From assembly GCF_020745735.1 (NCBI RefSeq), contig NC_083417.1:58466001-58530000 (forward strand): a DNA stretch of 64,000 nt, read 5' to 3'. The notes under the pieces are model-generated. The model saw only the letters and a program-made list of their open reading frames with translations. It ran no database searches and was not told the origin of the DNA. The translations under genes were made by a program, and so were the position numbers. This stretch comes from Hemiscyllium ocellatum (Eukaryota). Of this stretch, positions 13,806-27,900 are shown piece by piece; position 1 is the first letter of the stretch; every line of letters begins with the position of its first letter.

Positions 13806-14355
13806 AGATACATTTTTAAGCTGCAAATTATTGTGGTCTGTGAGACAGTGCCTGGGAGGGTGGAGAAAGCAGATTCAATAAAAGTGAAATATTTGATGTG
13901 TGTATTTTTATGGACATGATTTCAGGGAAATGAGGAATGTGAAATAAATTACTCCTGTGCTGTTATATTCAATGTGAAGATTCAATCTAAATTCTTCCTT
14001 GGGGTCCTGTTGAGAATTGTCTCTGTCTCATTATTATTTGTCACCAGGCATGATTTATCTCACAGGATCTGAACCATATCTCAACTTGTTCAAAATTCTT
14101 GACGAATCACTGTCACCCTCTGACTGTAAAACTGAACATTTTATAAAACTACGTAATAAAGACCTTGCCATTTTAGATTGTCATTCTTTATTGGGAAAGA
14201 TAAAGGAAGAAATTGCTTCACTCAGTCATAAAGAGTGCAAAGCAAAGGTAGTATTTACCAAATGAGGGTGCTGAATCAAAAAACTGTTTCTGGCTGGCTT
14301 TCTCTCAGTGGGAATGGAACCATTAAAAGTTGGTCCAATGGAGCTGGTAGACAGC

Positions 14356-14381
14356 AGAGAGAGAGAGAGAGAGAGAGAGAG
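14356..14381 (+). repeat. (GA)n microsatellite
   Basis: Visible perfect run. Confidence 0.95.
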
Positions 14382-16082
14382 ACTTCACTGAGGTTGGAGT
14401 ATTGAACCAGCTAAGTCAAAGAGGACCAGAACAGATAGTACATGATGACCAGAGACGATTTAATCTTGGATGTTGGAGAGGATTTAATCTTGGGTGGACA
14501 CATTTGGAGCTTTCTGAAGACTGGAAATTGAAACGGAATTCACAAACAAAGAGAAGACGATGGCTTGAAGAGGGAATAACTAATTTAAGGGGCTTTGAAG
14601 AAAGGTTTTGATGGAGAGGAGAGCCTGAGTTGAGAGTTTTTTTTTAAAATGAGGAGGGGCGTCATGATGATGTTGAAAATGAAGTGGATGGAGTCTGTAG
14701 AAAATATTAATGATCTTGGGTAGTATTGGGCCAGGAAAGAGAGTTGATTGTCTCACCTCTCATTTCAAATCTGATTTTGATTTTTAATCTTTAACTTGAG
14801 CTTGTTTTTTGCTCAGAACCAGCACTTCCGTTTTGAAAGGACACGTTGCATATACCACATTACTCATTTGTGTGATATCCTTGATGGCAGCATCCTGTTC
14901 GTGGTAAAAGCTGCTTGGGTTGCTCTTGCATAGTAACTCTGCGGGTTACTAGAAGGGTTCTGTTGTTGCTGAAATATCAGAGTGATGAGTATGAGTTTCA
15001 GTGTTTGTACATTCCTCAGTCTGTAGCCATGTGTCCCAAAGACTGGTGGATTGTATTAAACAGCATGTCCCTTCGATTGTTCACAAAAAGCAAGGTATTG
15101 ACATAACCAGACAGTGTTTGCACCACTCAACACAAAATGGCCAACATTAGACATGATTGCGTAACTGGATAGAAGTTGCTAAACAAACCTGGGAGCACTA
15201 ACAGTTGTATGAGCTGTGAATTGAAGATTATCAGTTAGGTTTAAGGGATAGCCCACTTGCATGTACTGGAAACTACATATATTAATGCACACAGCATAAG
15301 AACATGGAGCAGGCATCTGTCTCACCAAGCCTGCTCTGTTATTCAATAAGATCATGGCTGATCTTTTCATAGACTCAGTTCTACTTATCTGCCCACTCAT
15401 CATAACCTTTAATTCCTTTACTGTTCAAAAATCAAACTATCTTTGCCTTAAAAACATTCAATGAGGTAGCCTCAACTGCTTCACTGGGTAAGGAATTCCA
15501 CAGACTCACCAGCCCTTTAGATGAAGAAGTTCCTCCTCAACTCAGTCCTGAATCTGCTCCCCTTTATTTTGAGACTATGTTCCCTTAGGAATGTATACAT
15601 GTTACCTGTTTCAACTTAACAAAATAAGTGATAGCCATTTGTAGAATCATTCCTCAGGGCAATGACTTGACCAATCATTGTCATCATGCCTGGTTTAAAC
15701 TGAAACAAATTTTGGCAGCTAACTGTTGGACACAATTTTAACCGGCTCTTCAGTCATTGAAATGCTACCATATTCTGCCTTTTGCCACGCATGTCCTTAC
15801 ATGATCAGAATAGATGGAACTTAATGCAAACCTCAGCATTAACCTTTTCAGAATTGTTTACCTTGTAAAACAGCATCTTTCAGGTGGGACTTGTGATTTC
15901 AGGCTATTCACTCATGTCTTCAGGTTGTCCATTGGGGAGAACATTTTGCCTTTGGTAGCAACTGAAGACAGGATAAAGCTCCACGCAGGTCACATTCAAC
16001 CCAGTCTAAAGTGCCCAGCGTGAAAACTGACAAGACCCAAAGTCCGGCACAGACTCCATCCTGAGATTGCCAGTTTTAAGAC

Positions 16083-16385
16083 TTTTTTTTTAGATTACTT
16101 ACAGTGTGGAAACAGGCCCTTCGGCTCAACAAGCCCACACCGACCCGCCGAAGCGCAACCCACCCATACCCCTATTACCTGACACTACGGACAATTTAGC
16201 ATGGCCAATTCACCTGACCTGCACATCTTTGGACTATGGGAGGAAACCGGAGCACCCGGAGGAAACCCACGCAGACACGGGGAGAATGTGCAAACTCCAC
16301 ACAGTCAGTTGCCTGAGTCGGGAATTGAACCCAGGTCTCTGGCGCTGTGAGGCAGCAGTGCTAACCACTGTGCTACCGTGCCGCC
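16083..16385 (-). mobile_element. HE1-type V-SINE
   Basis: tRNA-like head GGCGGCACGGTAGCACAGTGGTTAGCACTG...GGTTCAATTCCC and CR1-like tail. Confidence 0.9.
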
Positions 16386-19013
16386 ATATCTGTGCCGTTA
16401 TATCTGGATATCATGGAATAAACACATATCTTCCACTAAACCAATGACTTTATTCTCCAATGTCATTTAATATTTATAGCGACTAAACTCCTGATGGTAC
16501 TTGGCTTTAATAAAATTTAGAATTTTGTTTCTCCAAGGATCATCACAATGAGAATGCCTCATATTTTGCTCAAGTAAAAGAACAATATTTTGAATGCTGG
16601 AAATCTGACATTCCAGAGAGTATTGGAGAAACAGGCCTGGCAGTATCAGTGGAGAGGAATACAGAGTTAATGTTTTCAATCCAGTGTCACTCTTCTTTGG
16701 AAGGGTTTGTTTGCTTCATTGATCAGTCTATTCCAATTATTGTTGTTGGCAAGTTTTCAAAAAAATTTCAATTATGTTTATGATTCACTTTCTCCAAGAA
16801 AATGAAGGAAGAATGTTTGTTTCCTCAAATGCTTAGTTCTCTTCTGAAAGGATGTGCCTGCTACAAATCCATTTCACTTTATGTTTCCCCACTGAGAGAT
16901 TGAACACTAGTTGTATGCTTGTGTGTTAATACAAACTGGGTCAAAAGACATGTTTCCATGCGTTAACTTTTCGGTGCTTCCTGTGACTACTTTAAACTAC
17001 TTTTTCAGTGAATGGAAAGAGAAAATATCAATGAAGAAACAATGAACAACTTTTTTAAAGAACCTGCAGTGAGAAGGAGAAAGGAACCAATAGAATCATT
17101 TAGAATATTTTTGACTCCCATTTTATGTTGACAACAACTCTGAAGTCTAATACTGAAAATTCGAATATGTACATCCTTACTGCAAAGCTGTCCAAGAGTA
17201 GTCTGCGATTTGTCATCAGTTGACATCAGTCGATGACAACCTGGGTGGAATGGAAGCAGTTTTCCAGTTTGGACTCCAGGCCTTTGCCAGGATCGAACAC
17301 TTTGGAGCTGTTATATTTAAAGCTTGAAGTAATTTAAAACATTAATCTCTGAGCCAGTACTTCCCAAAATTTACCTGCTGTGACTATATCCCAATTCTGA
17401 AGACTTCCTATGAGCCTAAATGAAACGTTTGTGGTTGTGGTTAGGAGATTGGAGAGGGGAACTTCAGCTTTTGAGCAGGTAAAAGGAGTGGAAGAGCTTT
17501 AGTTATAGAGCACTGTGTGGGGCAACGGGATGGCACTGCTACTGAAAAGATATACAATAGCATCCCGGATTCTAAAGCATTAGGGTTCTCTTATGAATGT
17601 ACCAAGTTAGAACGCAGTGTAACATTATTGATGCTGTAGATCATTAATTAATAACAAATCATACAGATCTTTAATGTGTTTAGGCTCAGTTTATGTAATT
17701 TGCACCTCACAGAATAATGATTTATCTCGATAATTGCTGAAATTGACAATGACTTTAATAGGATCCTGATTGTCCATGTAATTGGATTCTGACAACCAAA
17801 ATACAGGTAATTCTAATTATAAATGATTATCATTCTGATTATTAAAGCAATATATAGCAGATTATTAATACAATACGAAGTATGTAACAAATGTAATTAG
17901 ATCTAACTATTAATTGGAAAGATCACACCTTTTTATTTTACCATATTTTTGATTGTGAACTGAACTGGGAAAAAGTATAGAGTAAATAGTTACTAAAGTT
18001 TCTGATACTCGGTTTTGTTTATACAGTTAATTTGCAAGAAATAGGAGTACGTGTAAATAGATGGCATAGCATGAGGATGCAAACAAAGTGATATTCAGGT
18101 GGCAATATATAGCCAATTGGTTTGTGGAATTAAGGCAGGTCATGGATGCCAAAGGCGAACAGTCAAATGCCACCTGTCTGGTTGCTGTATAGCTGAACAC
18201 CTTGTCTGTGAGAACAGACCAATCAGTTGCTCTTGGACCTCTAGAAAGGCAGATAGTGTCTACCTGAAACTAAAGAAAGTCAGTTGTTTTCTCCAACAAG
18301 TTGCTGTAAGCTGTTGTTTTTAAGCAATAGGTTAGAGACTTTGTAATTTGTGAACCAGTCACTCTGTGCCACCTATGAAGACTTTTAAGAATCTGAAGGC
18401 ACAACTTGGGAGAATGAATGAATTTGGGAAATGAAAGTAAATTCTTCCATTGAATCTTGAGGACTGGTGTCATTGAACTGTTTTCACATAACTTTGTTTC
18501 CATTCCATCCACATCACCAATTTTTTTGTTTGTTTATCTGCGTCTGCCTGTGTGTCTGCCCAGGAGGTATGTAAAAGGGGGTCAGGGGTTTAACAAGTAA
18601 TGTTATATTGTTGACCATTCATAGTTGTTTAGCAGCAGTTAGAATCTATTTATTTATAATAAATAATAATTCTTGCTAAGTACAGAAACCTTGTCCATCA
18701 TTTCTGTTCACCTGAATCTATCAGTTATAAAGTGTTCCTGTCGTGCAGTAGTAGCATTCCTACCTCTGGACCAAGAGATGTGGGTTCAAGTCCCACCTGC
18801 TCCAGAGGTGTTTAATTACACCACTGAACAGTTTGATTGGGAAACATAGGTTAAATTGGAGACTTTGAGTACAAGGATAAAATGTTTAACTTCTGACAAC
18901 TCCTGATTTCCCGTGGGCTCTCCCAGAGTGAAAGTAATAATATTTAATAGGACTTTGATTATTTATGCAGTAACATCTTAACTTTTGATACAATATCCCA
19001 GTTATTGATGTTG

Positions 19014-19300
19014 TCATAGAGTCATAGAGATGTACAGCATGGAAACAGATCCTTCGGTCCAACTCGTCCACGCCGACCAGATATCCCAAACCAATCTAGT
19101 CCCACCTGCCAGCACCCGTCCCATATCCGACCAAACCCTTCCTATTCATATATCCATCCAGATGCCTCTGAAATGTTGCAATTGTACCAACCTCCACCAC
19201 ATCCTCTGGCAGCTCATTCCATACACGTACTACCCTCTGTGTGAAAAAGTTGCCCCTTAGGGCTCTTTTATATCTTTCCCCTCTCACCCTAAACCTATGC
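19014..19300 (-). mobile_element. CR1 3' fragment
   Basis: GNFFTQRVVRVWNELP motif; ctctatga tail repeats. Confidence 0.85.
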
Positions 19301-20129
19301 CATTTGAATTTGAAAGTAATAGGACACTGTTTATGAATGTAACAGTAATCTGATTATCAATATAATCAGAATGTGGGCATTAATGTAATAAGATCTTCAT
19401 TGTTGATGGAATAGGTTTCTGACTAATGTAATGATGTCTTGATTATTATCAAATTACGATCCTGAATATGATGGAAGTAGGCTTTCTGAAGAGAAATGAA
19501 CACTAACCTATCTAAAAGCTCTCTTTTTCACACCAGCAGTCAAGCTGCAGAGACAATTTCGTTATATTGGTTCCACAAAGAAAAGACCTGCTTAAGTCAT
19601 GGTTTTCTTAAGGGATTTAAAGTGTCATTGTGCAGTGAATCAGTCTGGGCAGAATACCCTGCGATTTGTTTTTATTGAGAAAACAAGTGTGATATGTAAA
19701 AGTTCATTGGCTGAAGTATTGAATTTTGGGAAGATCACCTGAGGAGTTGGAAAGACCACTGAGCTAGGAGATAAGGAATCGGAGAGACAGTGGGACCCGC
19801 GAGATAGCAACACTAAGCAGGGTGATATAAAGTGTAGGCAAAGCCAGAGGCCTGAATCACTTCCCTTGGGAGTTCCAGAGAAGCAGCAGGGTCAGTGAGG
19901 GAGCAGCTGGTCCTTCGCTCAAAACTGAGTAAGAAAAACAGTGACATCACAGGAAAACCACACATTGATTGGTAAGGAATTCCTGTTTCGGATTGTCTAC
20001 AAATTGCTGTAAATTAGAAAAGCATATTTATTTTCAAACCATTAGCTGTACTTGGATGTAACTGAGAATGTTATATCCAATATAATAAGTAAGTAAAGGA
20101 AGGAAAGTCTTAAAGTACAAACTTCAAAG

Positions 20130-20920
20130 ACTTATGGCAGGGACCGTTTGGAGTGAAATGAAGTCCCTAGCATAGTTAGTTTTCATGAATAGGATAACTC
20201 ACAATTAGTTTTTTAGGGAAGTCATGGAAGTGGAGCTCATATCCATAATATGGTCCTCCAGCATGATATGAGAAGCCATGAACACTTGCAGTGTCCCTGA
20301 CAACCACATGTGTAGGAAGTGTGTCCAGCTGTAACTATGGCTAACTACATTTGCTATTGCTGATAGGGAGGGACTAACAAAGGGCTGGGAACCTGAGCAT
20401 GATGGAAACAAAAAGCAGAAGTGGAAGAAGGAAGAGTGGAAGACAGAAAGAAAACAAATGAGGCCACAGCACACAATAAAGCTAAGACAACTAACAAGGT
20501 TAGAAAAGACAAGTAAAAGGCTTTATAGCTTAATGTGCAGAGCATTTACAATAAGTAGAAATAAAATGGAGGAGGTTGTGTTACAAATAGATAATGATTA
20601 TAATGATGTAGTTGTGTTTACAGAGACTCGGCTGCAAGGATGTAGACTGAATATCCTGAGGCATGTTATATGGGAAGGACAGAGGAAAAAGGGAAAGGAG
20701 ATGGAGTAGCATTATTAGTAAAGGTGTTCATTAATGCAATAATGAGGAAGATATTGGCTTGGAAAATCATGATGTGGAATCGGTATGGATGGAGATAAGA
20801 AAAACCAAGAGACAGAACATGTTGGCGATTGTCTACAGGCCCCCAAACAGTTGTGGAGATGTAAGGGAAGGCATTAAACCAGAAGTCAGCAATGCATGCA
20901 ATAAGGTACAGTAACATTGA
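20130..20920 (+). mobile_element. Old CR1 ORF1/endonuclease remnants
   Basis: Cys-rich ORF1-like start; EN-like FTET.L, ESVW and VYRPP motifs. Confidence 0.6.
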
Positions 20921-22924
20921 TCACTATGAACATGTTAATTGGCTTGGGCTCTGTAATGATGGGCCACTTCTTGCTCGAAAAACATGAAAAAAACCCCTCA
21001 AACTGAGCCACTAAATGTAAGCCTCTTGTGTGTCTTGTTCCTTCTTGACTTTGCTCAAACAAAGAGCCTCATCTGACACAAAAAGATTATGAGTTTTGTT
21101 TGTGCCATCAGCACCCTCCAGCTGTGATACAAGACAATGATGAGGTCCAGTAGGGGTGGATCTCATTAACATCTGGATGCATGTGCTGCCTTGGACATTT
21201 CTTTGACAGTTATCTGCTCTCTGCCTACAGAAACAAACACTCTTTGGTGGCCGGGAAACACATCCCTCACCCTTTCCTCCTGAGCTTGGGGACCACTCAA
21301 TGTTTTTAAACAAGTGTGAGATATCGTTTTAGGCACCCAGATCTGCAGTCCATCAGTGAGGTGCACATGAACCATAATAGATGTCACTATGTTATGATTT
21401 ATTTGCTGTATTGTTGTGATCTCCACCGAATAAAATAACCTTTAAAGAGAAATTCAAACTTCTCGGTTAACAGCTCATAGAGTGACAGAAAAATGTTTCA
21501 AATTTAAAATGGTTTCTGTAACAAATGATTAAGAAAAAACAACCAACTAAACACTTTTTTAAAAAGGCAGCTTAATTTCAGAAAAGCAATTCCCCACTTA
21601 AATTTAGCATGATCAAAAATCTCCCACTCTAGTTACTAAAACAGATATTTCATTCTCCAGGAGCGAGTCTTAAAACTATTCTCCATTCCTAATAGTTGCT
21701 TCCTGGCTAACTGTTAACCTGAGTTCAGCCTTTCACTTTGAGGGTTGTGATGTAGATCCCTTCCCTCATTGCATGCAATGCAGATCTCCCAGCCTCCTTC
21801 AAATCCTCCCGAGTCCCAAGGTTCCCGCTCACATTCTGCAGGACAAAGAGAAGTTAACATTTCTCTGCTAAAGGTTCAGACCTGGTTGTTTCTATCTCTT
21901 GGGGCTTTCTGCTTCTCAGGTGGTTGCAGGCAAGTTGAAACTGCGAACTGCTGTCCATTTGTGGTTCTCATAGGTTTCTCAGGAAAACTATAACCCAATC
22001 TCAGAAATAGCTCCATCTACCCTTATTCCCATGGTAACACATTAGCTGTGCAAATTAGTTTTCCTTGATTTAACCCTTTCAATTCAAAAGTAAAAGAATA
22101 GTTTACAACATCACAATTTACAACCTATTCATCCATAACACATGTATTGGATTTTAGGAGATTCAGTGCTTCTTCATAGTATACTCAAAGACTGCTCAGT
22201 AACCCAAGTGAAACTTGTTAGGAAAAGAATCTGAGTCTACCTTTGATTGCAAATCATGAAACCATGGAGGTGTTCCAGCAGGCAGACTGCAGAACAGGCT
22301 TCTTTTATTTACTCTGTGTTTAAAGGCAGAATGTCTGCATCTAATAATCATATAAACCTTATCACTGTGCGAGGACAGGTACCACACAAACAATGGGCCG
22401 CACTATGGAATGGAGCAGGAACATGTATTTAAAGGGGTCCCATCTGTGCTCTACCATTTTCTTTGAGGTTCCAACCTTTTCAAGACACTGAAGAAAATAA
22501 CTGTAAGGAATTCACCTTCAGAACTCCAATTCTGAATTAAAACGTCTCAGCAGTGATTCACTGTGAGGCACCTATTACCATCTGTGAGTGATGTGTTTTA
22601 GGACTGATCCTTAATACGCAAAGATTACAGAAAACTTTGATCCAGAGTGCACATGCTTTATTATTCTTTAAGAGTTACAAGAAAGAAAAGATATCACTTA
22701 CATTTGCAATATTCCATTTAATTCATTGAGGTACAAACTGCATGGCACCACATTCTTGTGAAATGGTCAAACTCAAGTTCCTTGCATTCACCTGCGTATG
22801 TCCAGTTGTAATCAATATAATCAATTGTTCTAAGTAAAGTTTATTTCTATTAAACTATAATGTGTGAGTGGAGATATGGCTGTATGATCGGACTCATCAG
22901 CTAGACTGAACCACAGAACCTGTG

Positions 22925-23450
22925 ACCATAGAGTTATAGTCATAGAGATGTACCGCATGGAAACAGACCCTTCGGTCCAACCTGTCCATGCCGACCAGAT
23001 ATCCCAACCCAATCTAGTCCCACTTGCCAGCACCTGGCCCATATCCCTCCAAACCCTTCCTATTCATATACCCATCCAAATGCCTCTTAAATTTTGCAAT
23101 TGTACCAACCTCCACCACTTCCTCTGGCAGCACATTCCATACATGCACCACCATACATGCGTGAAAAAGTTGCCCCTCAGGTCTCTTTTATATCTTTCCC
23201 CTCTCACCCTAAACTAATGCCCTCTAGTTCTGGACTCCCCACCCCAGGGAAAAGACTTTGCCTATTTACCCTATCCATGCCCCTCATAATTTTGAAAACC
23301 TCTATAAGGTCACCCCTCAACCTCTGACGCTCCAGGGAAAACAGCCCCAGCCCGTTCAGCCTCTCCCTGTAGCTCAGATCCTCCAACCCTGGCAACATCC
23401 TTGTAAATCTTTTCAGAACCCTTTCAAGTTTCACAACATCGTTCCAATAG
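22925..23450 (-). mobile_element. CR1 3' fragment
   Basis: [14 protein letters not shown]...RLRGDLIEVFKIM; same family as 19014-19300. Confidence 0.88.
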
Positions 23451-24898
23451 TGATACAGAATTTCCTAGGTAGACAATAGTACGCGTTAGCAAGTGATTGC
23501 AGAGGACAATTTATTAATCACCCGTTATGTTATAGGAGCTTGAGCTTTTTTTGACTCAAATCATTTTCAATACTTTTTTTAGCTAAGCAGCCAATTAACA
23601 ACTCTTGCACATTCCGTGATAAGCAGAAACAGTCAACTAATACAATACATACTATGTTCACATAAACAGAAGCTAACTATTGGAGACAGTAGGGATTCCT
23701 ACATGGGTTCATCAAAAATATATCAAACAAACAATGCTACATTGTCTTGACATAAGGTGTGTCAATGCTTCTGATAATTTAGAGAGCACTTTCCAGAAAA
23801 TGCTTTCTCACACCTCTTTAATTACTCGATAAAGAAGATAAATTGTGTCCTGCACATTGGTTTCAAAAGTATGAAATATTCCTGAGCACAAAGAAAAGCA
23901 GCTAAAATAAAAACTTCCTAGTGGGTCTTGAACTGTCATTTATTTTCTGAACAGAATTTTAGTTGTTTGACTATTATATTGTGGCCTATATGCGTAACAG
24001 GATAAAGTTAGGCCTCATCATCACAGAATGAGTTGGGAAGGCTATCTTTGAGCCTTTCAAGTTAAAGACAATCAGAATGAAGGTAGGAAAGTGGTGATGA
24101 TTGGATCCCACTTTTCAGTGTAAAGTATATTTAATATCTCTTTGCCAAGTGTTTACACTCTCCAAATCCAACTCAGATGAAACAGGAGGGTTTATAGATT
24201 CAATTGAGATGTTTGGTGCATTTGAAAAGTAAAGGTATTGGAGTCTCAAACTGATTTGGCTTCCACAGCCTTCTGTGGTAGAGACTGTCACAGGTTTGCT
24301 AGTCTGAGTGAAGAAATCTTTCCTCATCTCAGTCCTGAGGCTCAGTTTGAATTCCAGATTTTTATTGAATTCAAATTTCATCATCTGTCTTGGTAGGATT
24401 CAAACCTATGTCCTTAGAATATTAACCTGGGGGACCGGATGATGAGTTCAGGGGCACCACTATATCACTGTCTCCACCACCTATTAGTTTAGCCTTTGCA
24501 GCTTTCAAACAAATTGAAGAATTTGCTTTCTCAATTCTCTCCTGCTTAGGTCTTTGGTGATCAACCGGAACTAATTCTGATAATTTTACAGCAGTTGGAA
24601 TTGAGACAACTCCTCATTTCAACTGATCATTAGCCCTCATCTAATGGGCATGATTTGACATAGCATTTAATTTTATATTGGCACTGGCCTTCAGAATAGA
24701 TGGTTCTCTGAGCTAAGGGGTAATGGACGTTTGTGTGCGGATTCTGAGCATACGCTGAACCCATACATAGACCAAACAACTGTACGCATTTCACACAATA
24801 TACAAGTGGTAAGATTCTTTTTAAAAACAAAAGTTTGTTTTGAAACACATCCGAAAGGTGAATGGAAGGCAAGTTGTTTCACTTTCACCATTCCTTCT

Positions 24899-24978
24899 CT
24901 ATGTTGAGGTTGTATAACTTGATATTTCGTCTTTCGATGGTTTTTTCATAGCCCAATACCACAGGAATATGAAAAATC
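24899..24978 (-). CDS. ADGRG-like terminal coding exon ([26 protein letters not shown])
   Basis: cctttgcag acceptor; TAG at 24901-24899. Confidence 0.93.
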
Positions 24979-27900
24979 CTGCAAAGGTTTTTAAAAAAAT
25001 GACAAGGTCATTAGTTACTCTATTTGTTGACACAAAATGGCCTAATCTCCTCCATTACCAAACCTAATCACCTGATGCCTGGAGGAAGAATGGCCCATCT
25101 TTCATCTTGGGACCTTCCAACCACGTGGAATCAATGTGGATTTCACCAAGTTCCCCATTACCATCTCCTACCTTATCCCAGTCCCAACCTATAATGAAAC
25201 AAGTCACTAGTCAGGCCATAGTTGGGATACTGTGAACTGTTCTGGGGCCCATAGCTAAGGAAAAGTACACTGGCATTGCAGACTATCTGGAAAAGATTCC
25301 CTAGGCTGATAGCAGGTATGGAGGGATTGTCTGATGAGGAGATGCTGAGTTTGGCCAGTGCTCATTGGAATTTTAGAAGTATTGGAAGCGACCTTATTGA
25401 AACATACAAGATTCTTAGATGCGGAAAGGTTGTTTCCCTTTGTGGGCGAGACTAAGAGCTGAGGACATAGTCTTAGATATAAGGTTCATATACTCCAGAC
25501 AGAGATGAGGAGGAATTTCCTCTCTTGGAGGATAGTGAATCTGTGGAATTCCTTACTGCAGATGACTGCCTGGTTCAAGGAACGCAGATTTTCCTTTCAC
25601 TCAGTACTACAATTCTGAGTTCTGGGTTCTGAGGCGGCTTAATTTAAATATTCACATTCTAAAATTACATTGAATGAGTGACATGGAAGTCAGGGTTGGA
25701 AGCTGGACATGATCTGAACATTGGGTTCCTGACCTTCATTTTAAAACCAAATCCTCTATTATGTGAAGTAAATTCATTTAATAAAATTAACACTATCATC
25801 GGTCCTTTGTTACCATGATACGACCACCAAAACACATAACACCAGAGCATTGACTGAAACACAAATAGAAAGTGCTGGAGAAACTCAGCAGGTCTGGTGT
25901 CATCTGCAGAGAGGAAAACAGAGTGAACATTTCGAGTCAGGACAGGGAGTCAGTCACCAGAGCATGGACTAACCTTGCAAGGAGTTGAAGATGGTGAACA
26001 GGTAGATTTCAACCAGACGGAGTGGTCCAAAGGAAAAGAAAGCTAAAGCCCAGGTTACGCCCAATAGGCAACAGAGGCCAAGAATTGTCCACAGATCCTT
26101 CCAAGCAGACCCTTGTTCTTCAGTGCGTTGTCTTTTCAGATAAAATAGCTTGGTACAGACTGTGATTAGTATTATTGTATTTCCAAAGAATATAATGCTG
26201 AAATAGCCACAGTTTGTAATGTAATGAGCCACCTTTTCTTTTATCCAGCACCTGTTCAAAAAGAAGTATTCAATAATGTACTTGACGTTTTGCATGCAAA
26301 TACATGATTAGGATCAACAGAAGGCCATTTGGCCCCTTGAGCCTGCTACACCAGTCACTAAGATCATGGCTAATCTTATTGTGCTTCAAGGTGATAAAAA
26401 CAATGACTGCAGATGCTGAAAACCAGATTCTGGATCAGTGGTGCTGGAAGAGCACAGCAGTTCAGGCAGCATCCAACGAGCAGCGAAGTCGATGTATTGG
26501 GCAAAAGCCCTTCATCAGGAATAAAGGCAGTGAGCCTGAAGCGTGGAGAGATAAGCTAGGGGAGGGTGGGGGTGGGGAGAAAGTAGCATAGAGTTCAATG
26601 GGTGAGTGGGGGAGGGGTTGAAGGTGATAGGTGAGGGAGGAGAGGGTGGAGTGGATAGGTGGAAAAGGAGCTAGGCAGGTCGGACAAGTCTGGACAAGTC
26701 CTCGGGACAGTGCTGAGCTGGAAGTTTGGAACTCGGGTGAGGTGGGGGAAGGGGAGATGAGGAAGCTGTTGAAGTCCACATTGATGCCCTAGGGTTGAAG
26801 TGTTCCGAGGTGGAAGATGAGGCGTTCTTCCTCCAGCCGTCTGGTGGTGAGGGAGCGGCGGTGAAGGAGGCCCAGGACCTCCATGTCCTCGGTAGAGTGG
26901 GAGGGGGAGTTGAAATGTTGGGCCACGGGGTGGTGTGGTTAATTGGTGTGGGTGTCTCAGAGATGTTCCCTAAAACGCTCTGCTAGGAGGCGCCCAGTCT
27001 CCCCAATGTAGAGGAGACCGCATTGGGAGCAACGGATACAATAAATGGTATTAGTGGATGTGCAGGTAAAACACCCCATTTTCTTGCCAAACCTGATCAG
27101 CTTTGATACGGTTATCAATCAAGAATGTGTCTTCTTCTGCATTAAAAATATTCAATAACTCTGCTCTGCTGTTCTTTGGGGAAGGGAGATCCACAGACAT
27201 GAAGGGAAAAGATTTTGCTCACATCTGTCTTAAATAGAAGATCCCCAATATTTAAACAGTGTCCCCTAGTTTTATTCTCTTCCACTAGAGTAAACATTCT
27301 TTCAGTTATATTCTGTCAAATCTCCTCAGGATCCACCCCGCTCCACCCCGGCCCCCTCCCCTCAGGATCTTACATGTTGTAATTGCATTATTCCTTAAAA
27401 AATCAAAATAGATCAAAATAGAACAAAGTACTCCAGAGGTGATCTTACCAATGCGCTATACAACTGGAGCAAAACATCCCAAATTTTACATTCCATTCCC
27501 CTTGTAATAAGCAACAATGATCCATTTGCCTTCCTAATCAATTTGTACACCAATGGGTAAACATTTTGTGATTCATGAACTAGGTTACCCAGATCCCTCT
27601 CTACCACAGAGTTCTGCAATCACTCTCCATTTAAATATACGTTAAATACCACTCTCTCCCACAGTACGGTCTATCTGCCAAACTTTGCTCATGACTTGAC
27701 CAATCTACATCCTTTTGCAGACTCCTTATATCCCATTCACAATTACTTTCTTATCAACTTATCACCATATATTCGGTCCCTTCATCTTACTCATCAGTAT
27801 TGGCAGTAAATAGTAAAGGACTAAGAACTGACTCCTGTGGTCCTCTACTAGTGAGAGGTTGCCAAACCTGATATGACTCATTTATGTCTACTCTATGGTT

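Larger units (their letters stand above)
14066..17650 (+). pseudogene. Decayed multi-exon gene remnant, identity uncertain (weak OAS/nucleotidyltransferase-like resemblance)
   Basis: Exon-like blocks with splice signals at 14066-14247, 14817-15094, ~15903-16000 and from 17009; stops and frameshifts; similarity judged by eye only. Confidence 0.25.

Noticed and set aside
21166-21836. Minus-strand exon-like segments downstream of the receptor
   Set aside because: Some splice-like signals, but no recognisable protein and no consistent reading frame between segments
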